Positions 28,336 to 39,801 of a stretch of DNA of 64,000 nt are shown piece by piece (the first letter of the stretch is position 1; every line of letters starts with the position of its first letter). The notes below the pieces were generated by a model. It was not told where the DNA came from, did not search any database, and saw nothing but the letters and a program-made list of their open reading frames with translations. This stretch comes from Catajapyx aquilonaris (Eukaryota). The stretch is from positions 1-64,000 of the forward strand of contig KZ538453.1 in the NCBI GenBank assembly GCA_000934665.2, written 5' to 3'. The position numbers and the translations under genes were made by a program.

Positions 28336-29960
28336 TATTGTAGCATTGAGATTTTTGGAGGGAATTACTGTAATATTTTATCCAAACTAGATGGCGCTTA
28401 ATCCGATTGTTGCCTTAATTAATATGGAAATAAGGCTCTGTGGGTGGCTAGTCTAGGCAGCGTCTATAGCTAACTTTCTCATGAGTAAAGCCGGTGACTT
28501 ATAATAATTATAATAAATCCATTTCCGTGTTACTTATCCTTGGCCAAACAATATTGCCACTTGGGAGTTGAATGGGTAGGCGGTACTGTACATTCCAACC
28601 CATCTTATAGAACTTTCAGAATTTGCACTTCATGCGCCACATGCCATCATTAAACAAAAGTTTATGCAGATTTGTTTACTCCTTTTGGCCTATCATGAAA
28701 AACCACAAAGCAGGGATGATTGTGTTTTTAACACTTTGATCCAAAATATTCACTTTCCAATGGGAAAATGTAGGCGCAAAACTCCAAAGATTGAAAAGTT
28801 GGGCACATTTTTGGATACGCCCTTCTTCCATCGACCCACTAAATTTGAAGCAAAGTGCCTTCGATTGCGATTTATTACGCACATGTATTGCATTTAAAAA
28901 AATAGTGTGAATTTCAATGTAAAAGGTTTCTATGTAAATTTTCAGAGTCGAATGGGAAGTTAAGGGCCCAAACAGTGCAACTGAGTAAGCTTGACAAGGG
29001 GTATATTATATTTAGTATATAATAGGATTTTTCCGACCTCGGTGTATTTAGTACAGGCCTATAGTGCTTCCGGCCCTTCCGATATTGTGCTCCATGAAAT
29101 CCGTATGCCGCAGGAGCTTGTGCGAAAAGCAATCCCTTGACAATATGCCCCGTCATAATAAACACTATGCTGAGGATTTGTAAGTGGGCGGAGAAATTGC
29201 CCATACATGTATCATTGTTGGACGAGCAATTTGGCATACCAGTGAACTTAAAGCAGCCTTGCATAATGTGGAATTTTTAAATAAGCAGTGGGTGCCACTA
29301 ATGCCATTAAAAGCGTTATTAAAATTGACAAACTAATCCGAAAGTACGAGCAAAGAAGATTATCCTTTATGATGCTGCTGTCAATTATTATTTGTCGCTG
29401 GAATTGTTTAAGGATAAAATTTAGCATAAACCTTTCACCGCCTATAAAACTCGTGACACTAAGGCCAAGAGTTAAAACTCGATTTTTCTTACATGTTAAC
29501 ATCTGTAAAGACAGCTTAGGCAGGCGTTAATTATATCTTTGTTTTGTGGTCGTATTAGCGCATATTTACCTCCGACAGCATATTTAAAGAGTGCTATTCT
29601 CATAGAAACATCATTATCTTGAGGTTAAGCAAATGTGATCCGAACATGTAAGTTCCATTTGGGACTTAACACTGACGTTAAATAGATTTGTCGGATTATA
29701 GCAGGAGAGATTACTATGAGAGAGCCTTTGGGAAGCCATGAGAATAAGCCAAGTCGAACTCCACTTTCTGTAAAACATTTTCATGTTCAGAAGGGACATC
29801 AAAAGGTCCTCCTTGGGAAACCGTACAAGTCGCAATACCAGAAGAGTGTAATCCAATCATGAATCATGGAATGTTCATTATAGCAAAGAGCGACGTGGAC
29901 TGAGCTTCCTTCACATTATAGTTCCTAAAATAATGAAGTCTTCTTTTTTTGTTTTAGACA

Positions 29961-32900
29961 ATGATGAGGACCGGAAGCAATCTTTTATTCGTGGGATGCG
30001 CCATCAGCATCTTGCTTGCTGCATCTGCATCCCCATTGGTTAAGAGGGTAAGTACTTAATTCACGATATCTATGATACCATTGTGGTATACCCTGCCACT
30101 CTACGTCGTTTAGTGATAGCCACAAAATATATATTCTGTAACTCCACTGGGGTGCGGGTTCGCGCCGATTGCATAGGGGGAAACTGTATATAAATTGCAC
30201 ACCCGGTACCCCGCACGTTTGTATCGTGAAAACAGTAAAACGTCGATAAAATAAACTTCGATCAAGCCTAAACTGAACAGGGACTATTCGGCCTTTTATT
30301 TTCATGTGTTTAGATTGAGCATACGGAATTAGCATGCAGTACCCCTATTATGGCCTTTCCCCCCTAGCTCTATAAATAAATTGCCCAGGCTCGATACATA
30401 TTGCTGTAGAGAAAATACATTACATTTCGCTGCTATCCGCAACATTCACGTGAAGTTCTCTATTGATATTTTTATTCATGTCAAATACTACTAGAAAATT
30501 GTTCCCGGCTCCGAGACTTATTGCGAATTAGAAACAACAACAAATTGAAACATAAACTCACATTATTTAGAACTTAAATATTTGTAATTAAGATAATGAT
30601 CACCATGCCATACCTCCAGCTGCTACCGCGTAAATCCACGAATATTGTCTTATTGACAAATCCGATTGGTACTGAAAGAGTGCCGCATCCCAGGATGTTA
30701 ATCTCCATCCTGATTGAATTAGTCCTAGCTGATGGGTTGTAATGGAAGGCAAAACTGGCCACATCTGGTCTTTTCGGCTTGTTGGACGGATGAAAGAATA
30801 TTATCATGGCACGGGAGAAAAAAGGAAGGCAGAAATGGCTTTGGAAATTTCTTCATTTTGCGTTTAGCGCCCACACACTAACCAAACATTTTCTTTGTGT
30901 CACTACCAGCGCTCCCACAGCCTCAAGGACCAAAATGTAATTTTGTGGCTACACCACAACAGGCCGAAATAAAGTAATTGTGTCGCAATACTAATGACAA
31001 AATGGCATTGGGTTTTAATTATTCTGATTCTACTCTCCATTCATGTTTATTCATTATACGTATTTTCTGTATAATGCAAAGTTGACACTATGTTTGCACA
31101 CCATTCTAGCACTTTCTGTGCCTAAATGAAGTCGAATCTAATAATAATGTTCTAATAATAAGCGTGTTTGTATGGGATCATACCGCGGGCATTTCACACC
31201 GATTATTGCCTCAGCCATAAAAGAGACTTCATAGTCAAGAAATAAAACCTGTATACATACATACATACAGAGTGGCATGTTTTGCATGACTGAAATGAGG
31301 AAATATTATGTAGCCATTAATTTTTATGCGCCCAGGAAAATTTCAATGTTTAATCCTGTAACAGGACAATAGCTAGCGTTCATGAATATTACTTGCTGAA
31401 AATAACGCAGGGTTTTGGATCCCTCTCTAATTGCAGAATCTGCATACTGTTAAAAGGTCAGAGACTATGCAGGACTACTGACCTGTGATTACAAGTGTTT
31501 TCAGCAGTAAATATATTACATAATTATTTTTTAAATAGTTCTCCATCCTCGAAACAACGATCACTTGCTCTGTATTCTACTGACTTGGGACTCCTTCATT
31601 TATGTACTGTACAGTACATGCACCTTCATATTGTTTATTTTAGCACTTATACTATTTTAGTACTAAAGTATGTAGACGCAAATAAATGAAAAGAAAAATG
31701 TCACATTTTGATGATAAGGTAAAGGCCAGTGATATGAAAATTTACCACGGTTTTTACATGGAGTAATATATTATGGCATAAATGCCCTACATATTACCAT
31801 TGCTGTAGAATGATACGATAGCATCTTGAGTTTGGAAGTCTGTGAATTTGGAGTTTAGGAAGTAGTAATCACGGCCATAATTTACGCGATATGTACAGTA
31901 TGAGTCATATCGCTTACAACTGCTTGGAATATCCATAATTTTGGCACAAATTAAACAGATTCACAATACAGTATAGGCAAGGCAGAATAGCTTTGGCTCG
32001 CATTGTACATTTCCGACAAATTCAGAATTCCTGATTTTAATATTACACAATCTGCCTTTAAATAATAGGATTATTGCAATTAATCAGCTGACAAATATGG
32101 GTAGTTTTAGGTGAGGAAAGTACGCACATGTTCCACAAGAAATAAACGTCAACACTGTAGGAATTCAAAAAATTAAGAGCAATTTATTGCTAATTTTAAA
32201 ATTAATGTAACAATTATGAACACATATGTGCGCCTTATATGAAACACGTATGTCGTATGGGATTCACTAAGACGACAAGTGTAAATTAATCCAACATCCA
32301 AAAATCGGCGACAAAGTATCTGATTTGGATTTCAAGGTCTACTAGTATTTCATCATGAATGCTTTACACACGAACCATTTGTCGGTAGCTCCATCACATT
32401 AGAGCTTAGGAAATACATCTGACATTTCAGAGTTTGTGAAAAATGCTACAGGGAGAGAAAAAAACCGCATTGCCAACCACGACGATAAGCAAGGCTGACA
32501 GCAGCTAAAACAGCTCAATACAACCCTCATCCATCCGATGAAAAGAACGAATAGAAATGTGGGCGTCAAGTAATCCTCTGAAAGTTTATTAATTTGGAAT
32601 AGGAATAGATGTACATATTTTGTGTTGTGTACAGCTTATATAGGTTGATTCTAGAAATAGATCTTTTGTGAGTAATGCAGCATAAGTAGCCTCCAACTTG
32701 TAACTCAAAGTGCGCACTTTTCGGGCTCACTCGAGCTGAAGTGGTTTCAAGTGGTGTCAGGTTATAGGGCATATGTTGTGGGCTGCTGTAATCTGCTGGG
32801 TTCTTCAGGTAGGATCATGTCAGACACGGTTTTAATTAGATACAACCACGATGTTGGCCCTTGACCTGGTTGGCCAGTTCCGATATCGCCTATATGGGAT

Positions 32901-34069
32901 GCTTGCCATATGCCTCGCAAAATAATTAACGAAGATATTGCTCCCAGACAGACTCGCTTCATTTGCTATATTTTGATATTCATTTTGCGCATATTGCTGC
33001 CTCGATTATCATTGCATCATTACCTGTGTGCATGGCAAGCAGAAGCTCGTAAGCTAACATCAGATGAAGTAGGGAGCACATAAGCTATTTTTTTTAAAAA
33101 TGATTCTTAAACTGATATTCTGGTTCTTATCAGGATCTCCGCAGTGGCGACGAGATGATGGAGAGCAAAAGCAAACGCCCTTTCTGCAACGCTTTCACAG
33201 GTAATTGGTGTAACAAATTAGGCTGAAACTTGCGTAACAGAGTGTGTCTGGGCTAAAACCAAATTTTCCCTGTACACTTCTTTGCCTGCTAACAAGGATG
33301 CGGAAAGAAGAGGTCTGATGACGGAGTGCCACCACTAAGTGGCGTGGCGGATGTGGAAGGTCTGCAGGGCATGCAGATGGAACTGGACCCTTCTGTGGAG
33401 AAGCTGGCCAGGGACATTTTGGCGGAGGCCAAGCTGTGGGAGGCCATGCAAGCCAGGCGCAGGTTCGACGAGGTACAGTACAAAGGATTTGATTCTTCAC
33501 ATGTGATGGCATAAATGATATTAGCATGAGATTATTCATAACGAATTGTAAATGGCCATAATAAGTCTTGGATTATCGAAAGGATGTTCGCCAAATTTGC
33601 AACTATACTCCACCATGTGTCCATTAAGTATTAAACAGTGGGGGGAAAGGAGCATATTGCCTTATACAGCTGCTCTGGCTTCTAATGGCCAGTCATTTTC
33701 ATTTTGCCTTTTAAAAACTAATTATGTTGTTGCTTAGTACCGTGGAGTAGCCTGTGAAATTTTGGAAGATCTCACTTTCGCGAATACCTACTTACCTCTG
33801 ACATTCTGCCCTATCTTACTCGGCTGAACGTGTCATAAGCTTCACATGCAACTGCACTAAAAAAATATAATTCGCTTACCGGTACGTATTTTATTTTTTG
33901 TGTGTCAAACAGAGGCTGCCACTGTTCCTGAGGAAACGACGTTCCCTCGCCCAGGGAACAGCTTGGGCCTCCGGATCCCACTCCGCTAAGGTGATTTTTC
34001 CGCAATTAAGAAAAGCATACCCTGCACTAATGTGCTTTTCCGTTACAGGGACAAGCTACACAACGGTAG
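29961..34069 (+). CDS. CCAP: Crustacean cardioactive peptide precursor (about 142 aa)
   Basis: Exons 29961-30047 (MMRTGSNLLFVGCAISILLAASASPLVKR), 33134-33200 (DLRSGDEMMESKSKRPFCNAFT), 33297-33472 (GCGKKRSDD...ILAEAKLWEAMQARRRFDE), 33913-33990 (RLPLFLRKRRS...), 34049-34069 (GQATQR*). This yields KR-PFCNAFTGC-GKKR, the canonical amidated CCAP. The last two exons are less certain. AATAAA at about 34468. Confidence 0.96.
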
Positions 34070-35095
34070 AATTCTTATCATCGTTTCCAGTTTCTCTCTA
34101 TTTCAAACTAATCCCCGAGTGAAATATTTCTTCGCATCTTAAGTTTACCTTGTTCCAAACTTTCCGAACGTGCTACATTTTGGTGGTGATTAGTTCCATT
34201 CTTTGCACCAAGCGGATTCGTTTGGTTGTAATGAGTGTTTCCCCATAACCCATTTAAATCTACCACCTTATTTCAATACACCTTTATATAAGTTGCCCGT
34301 TGTTATCATTGCCTTTTATTACCTTTTTGTCCCCCCTCGAGTAAACCAGTCACGGAAGCAGACGTATACAGAGTGCTCACCTGTAGCACGCATGATGGAT
34401 AACAAGTGATAAAGGCGGCCAGCAAATGGTGACTTTTGTGACCCCGCAATCCTGTGCATGTATGAAAAATAAATAAAATGTCATAGTATTCATTTACTGT
34501 GGATGTGAAAAGTAACTCAGTTAATCCTAGAGCCATTTCCTTTCCCTTGTGCCCATTACATAAAAAGCCTTTCTATCTTCCCAGCTCCATAGTCCTATAC
34601 TAATAGTTCCGGAAAGTAAACTTTTAATGGTTTCGTGTTTGAGGTTGCGGCAGATTCGGATGCGGGATGTTAATTAGTCCCCAGCTCATTTAGCGGCGGG
34701 AGGTCCGGCAATTCACGATGCCTCCACTTGTTTGCACTTTGCACCGTGGACAACATTCCAGTATGCACTACGTACTTATGCATTGTATTATTTTCTCTCT
34801 GCAGTACATCGCTCTGAATGTAAGAAACTATATCTTTCATGCAAATCGTTTTGTAGATTATTCGTTTATGACCCTACATGACAATTTTTGGGATATTTTT
34901 TCTTAAAATCATCTCAGTCCAGCACTTGATGACATGTATCATTTCAGTAGTTTATAAGAATAGTTTCAAGTCCTTAAAATAAAGTTATACGGTACTGTAC
35001 ATAATGGAATATGAGAAATACTGTAAAATTACGATAGGAAAATAAAGACTGGCTTAAGGCTTTATTATAATGTCGTTCAATTGATATCCCTGAAA

Positions 35096-36548
35096 TTAAT
35101 GGAGAAATTGGTCGAACAAGTAGATAGCCAAACTTTGGTCTTCTCGTCGAATCATCTTGTCCAAATCGGACACATGTCCAGCCAGTTCTCGAACTTTTTC
35201 TGCGTGTCGCTGTACAAAATTGGCTTCCAGGAAGGCTGCCAGCTGCGAGTGACCCAGGGCAAAAATTTATTATCTTCTTAGTAGTAATGGGCAGTTTGGT
35301 GTCCACATAATTATTATTAACATCAGGGGGTAAATTACCTCTGCATCTTGGTAGGTGGGGTCATTTAGGCTGGCCTGAAAGTGCATCTCTTGAGTCATGA
35401 TTGCCAGGCGCTTGTGCATGTCTAGTGCACTTCCCATAGCTTCCAGCTCATGCATGGAGTAGCTCACATCGGGCATCTGTACAAAGTGAATCGAATTAGT
35501 TTTAGTGCATTTTTATGCTGCCCGTTGTATTAGTAGACTAAGGGCCGTTTTCTCGAACAGTGGTTCAAATGTAAACCGGGTTCAAAGCCAGTTTAATCCC
35601 TGATTTGATTGTTGTTAGGCTGTTGTCAAGGGTTTAAACCGGCTTTGAACCGGGTTTATATTTGAACCACTGTTCGAGAAAACGGCCCTAATAGTCTACT
35701 GTTTTTGAGTAACAAACATATATAAACAAGGCTAAAAATGAATCCGGTCAAAAGATTAATACTGGACAACTTATTTCAGTACTTAGCACATTCATGCAAT
35801 ATATACAGTAATCGGGAATCTTTCCGTAATAATTTGAGTTCATTAAAGAGGGCCCAAAATGATATACCTTGGCTTCCAATCCTGGATAAGTTGCATCGAG
35901 ACTTTCCATTGTTCCACCTCTCCTGTTGTTATAGCCAACCAGTGAAAAAGCGTCTTGCCACAAAGAATCGGACAGGGATTGAAAGTATTTTTGGAAGCCC
36001 ATCCGGTTCGCCTCGTGGTTTCCAAAGTAACTGGCCTAAAATAAGAACAACGCTATTATTACTAGGTTAACAGTCGCTCGATAGGTCAGGCCGACTAATG
36101 CGATTTTCCCCGCTGAATTTAAAAATATCATGCGCACAATTTTCTTACTTGTGCTCACACGCACTTTGTCATCTTTCATTTGAAAGATCGTCCTACTGAG
36201 ATTATGACAGTTAAAAAAATAACAACAAAGGAGTCTCACCATAAGCATGTACTGAAGACTTTGATCAATGTGCTCGTTGATTAGCTTCTGTATTCCTTTC
36301 ACATGGGATTTGTAAGCCCCATACAGGGCAGTGCAGGTGGTTGTGAGCATATCTACATGATTTATTAAGAAGAAAATTACTAATGACTTATGCCCCCAAA
36401 AATCATAATCATTTTAGATGAAGCAGTGCAGCCCATCCTTACCTTTAATTGAATTGCATTTTTCGACCACATTTCCTTTACAATATGCATCGGTGGACGA
36501 TGTAACGCCGATAAGGGCCAGAATGACCACGAGGTAAAGTACCCTCAT
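35096..36548 (-). CDS. Fer2LCH: Secreted ferritin light-chain homolog
   Basis: Exons 36548-36443, 36352-36240, 36035-35868, 35476-35339, 35242-35096, all frame-consistent. Signal peptide MRVLYLVVILALIGVTSS; three N-terminal Cys (YC..KC..TC); ANRMGFQKYFQSLSDSLWQDA..NRRGG; ELEAMGSALDMHKRLA; VRELAGHVSDL; LAIYLFDQFL. No ferroxidase EEREH motif. Confidence 0.95.
35542..35688. mobile_element. PIF/Harbinger (Tourist)-like fold-back MITE in a ferritin LCH intron
   Basis: TAA|GGGCCGTTTTCTCGAACAGTGGTTCAAAT ... ATTTGAACCACTGTTCGAGAAAACGGCCC|TAA. 3-bp TAA duplication; nearly the whole element is palindromic. Confidence 0.9.
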
Positions 36549-37929
36549 AATGGCAATAAACTGTTAAGAAAAGAAGCGGTGTAAATAAACTTTTTATGGT
36601 GCATGTCAACCTTAGATCGTGATGTCAACAAGTAGAAAAAAATATGTGATCGGCAGCAAGTCCAAAGTGTAAAATGAAGAAAATAAAAATGAAGAAATGA
36701 CACGAGGCAGGAACAATAAGCGATAAAGAGAAATCTTCACCTAGGTTCGCCTAATCAGCACTTTTGAAGTTCTATATCTGCGATTCACAAACAGTTATCT
36801 ATCTCTGAGGGCGCTGTTTCGTTGTACTGTACATGGTTACTTTAGTCAGTCACCCCAACTGAAGGGCGACATGGCTAGGATGGGCTAATCAACGCGCATC
36901 CTGTGTGATGTGGTCATGTGAGCAGATAGATGGGTCGATGGGACGAAACCCATCATGTTGACCCAACAGCATACTCCCAATTTTTCTTTCACTCTCTCTA
37001 TTTCAGCACGAGACTGTCTGACATCAAACACCATCTGTTTAATGGCCAAGGACGAAGTGTGCTCTAAATAAGGTGTACTCAATTTAATTGGGTTATTTGT
37101 GGGGGAAAACAATTTTCATATTTCTAAAACTGTCGCGGGAAAATTTTTATCAAATGCACAGACTGCAAAACATCACTTTTGCAACCACCCGAGAAGGTCG
37201 ATGCTGAGGTTGCTGACTAGCAATCTGTGACATTGCCCTAATTGTTATCTAAAGTTTATGCACTCACACTGTTCTTTTTTTAAATCCAGGAAAAATATTA
37301 TCTGGGTTATTGGCAAGAAGGTTTTATTCGTACCGCTGCTTACAGTAATCACTATCGATTACCATGTGCAAATGAATAACCTGACAACAAATGTGTGCCA
37401 ACACTTCGGTCATATTTAGCTGAAAATTAGAATGAACCTTACAGTCCCATATTAAACGCGATTAAACATGTTTTGCCAGGACATTATTATTTGTACGCAA
37501 CTTATATAAATACTCCCTCTATGATATAATCATGTGATATGTAAGGTACAGTAAATGCAAGCAACTTTGTACTTGAAATGACAATCCGACGTGAAAAAGT
37601 GTTCACCACTTACGGTCTCTGTGAGGGTCTGCGATGATCTGCGCAGTAAGTGTCCACGCACGGAATGAGTGTGTCTGAATGACCTCCTGGCTGGTAAATG
37701 CAGCTAATGTGCACTGTGCAGGCCAGCTAGGTGACCAAGTAAAGCTGTGCTTCGGTCCTTGTTCCCGAGAGCTGGACACTGATAAGGACAATCCACGAGG
37801 TAGTGATTAAGAGGACAAAGGTCTCACCCAGGCCTCCTTTCGAGTTGTTTGCTCCTGGTGAGAAATAAGATTCAGTCGGAGAAGGACGTGACGAAGCTTG
37901 TAACCTGAAACCTTCACCACTCATCCAGG
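36549..37929. promoter_or_regulatory. Shared divergent promoter and 5'UTR region of the two ferritin genes
   Basis: About 1.4 kb between opposing ATGs. Inr-like TCAGT on - at about 36860 followed by donor TAG|gtgaag at 36741. TATATAAA at about 37503 and TCAGTC at about 37872 on +. ARE/MARE-like motifs at 37211-37236. Confidence 0.7.
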
Positions 37930-39669
37930 ATGAACTGCGTTTTAGTTACTCTGGCTCTCTTCGTCGGCCTTGCTTCTACTCTCGAAGATTGTAAGTTATA
38001 AATTATTAACTGTAATTGCATTTCTAACCAGCTCAAAATTGGAGCTGTACAATACATGAATGTATCAAAGCAATACAATCATAACTACTGGAATATGCCT
38101 TGGCAAGCTGTAACACACTAGGACCAATTGACTGATTACTACGGAATGTGGGAAGCAAAAAGGTTTGCCTCGTTTGCCTATTAGTGTAGCATAAAGAATA
38201 CCAGGGGAAATATTCATAAAAGCAATGCAAATATTGTTCCACTGTGAAGTCGGTAAAAATTATTGCCTTTGCTGTGGAGTATAGTTGCAAAAAAAACAAC
38301 ATCTCGCTACCAAGACAACGCGATTCGTCGTCCTATTATCATCCCATGTGTTTGTCAGAGCTCTTTATTAATCTTGTAATCCTCAGAAAGTGCAGCGGTA
38401 GGATTAAACTTTCTCTAAGAAATACAGCGAATATCTAAAGACTTAGCCTAATGTTACTGAACCCACTGAACACAATTTACCTGATAGATTATTATCCCAC
38501 CATTTAATCTAATGGATTTCAAGCTCAAGTGATTATCAAGACGTTACGAAACACTTCAATGGGGGAAAGGGGGTTGTGGGAGGGGGATAGAATGACGATA
38601 CATTATTTTTTTAGGTGCACACGTGTATCCAGATAATCGCGTAGTTCAATCAACTTGCTATACTTTGTTGCTAGGCACAATTCCAACCGGAACAATTCCT
38701 CACCAATGGAGAGACTTGCATCATGAATGCTACGAGAAATTGAAGGGCCAGATAAAAGAAGAGTTGAGAGCTTCCCTCACTTACCTTGCCATGGTATGGT
38801 GTTCATCTGTGGTATTTACCTTGAGTCTTGCACCGAAACTTACGCCAATATCTTATTTAGGGAGCACACTTCGGTCGAGACAATGTCAACCGTCCTGGAC
38901 TGTCCAAGTTCTTTTTGGACAGCTCTCATGAAGAAAGAGAGCATGCCCAGAAAATCATCGACTACATACTTATGCGAGGAAGGAAGCTACCTGATCACGT
39001 GGTTCCCACTCTGGTGAGTACTGAAATGTTGTCTGGTAATGTTTTAAAGATTAAAATTAAATTCGAGTCTACATTACACACTTACGCATTTTGTCCTACC
39101 TGTTTAGCGCCTGGATAAGGCCATGATTAAACATTGCTGCATTCCTTTTGAAACGGATGTGTTTCCTCTCGCATGTAGCATGCTCACAAAGCGTTGATAA
39201 TTTAATTTTCACAGATAATTTAACTCTAAAGTGAAATGTAATTAACGCTTATCTTTGTTGATGATGAAATTTTTAATTATGCTTTTTTAGGTTCCCACAA
39301 AACTTTTCTGGGAGAGTGGCGAAGAAGCTCTGAAAGACGCTCTTGAACTGGAAGCTAAAGTCACCGGAATGATAAAAGAAATTGTACGTGTTTGCGAAGG
39401 GAACTTTGAAGGAGGCGAAGAGAAAAACGATTATCACGTAAGTGGGCTCACTCCAGTGATTTCAGGAAAAAAAATTTATTCGCCTGATTACACCGAATTA
39501 TTTTCTGCTTTAGTTGGTAGACTACCTCAGCGACGAATTTTTGGGAGAGCAGCACAGATCCTCTCGTGACCTCGCTGGAAAGTTGGTGACCCTAAAGAAA
39601 ATGTACGCCCAGCATGGTTCACTGGCAGAATTTATTTTCGACCACCACTTGGCTAATAGTCAGGCTTGA
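37930..39669 (+). CDS. Fer1HCH: Secreted ferritin heavy-chain homolog
   Basis: Exons 37930-37990, 38675-38793, 38861-39013, 39291-39437, 39514-39669. Signal peptide; QIKEELRASLTYLAMGAHFGRDNVNRPG, HEEREHAQKIIDYILMRG, ALKDALELE, NDYHLVDYL..EFLGEQ, LAEFIFD. Ferroxidase ligands present. Confidence 0.97.
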
Positions 39670-39801
39670 AATATTATATAACTTTAAATATCCCGAGCAA
39701 TAAAGGTTTGTAATGTAGAAACGTTGAACATGGGCACAAAATAAAAGAGGATTAATTTCCATTTAATTATAATTGGGTGTAATGATTCATCAACCTCTGT
39801 A

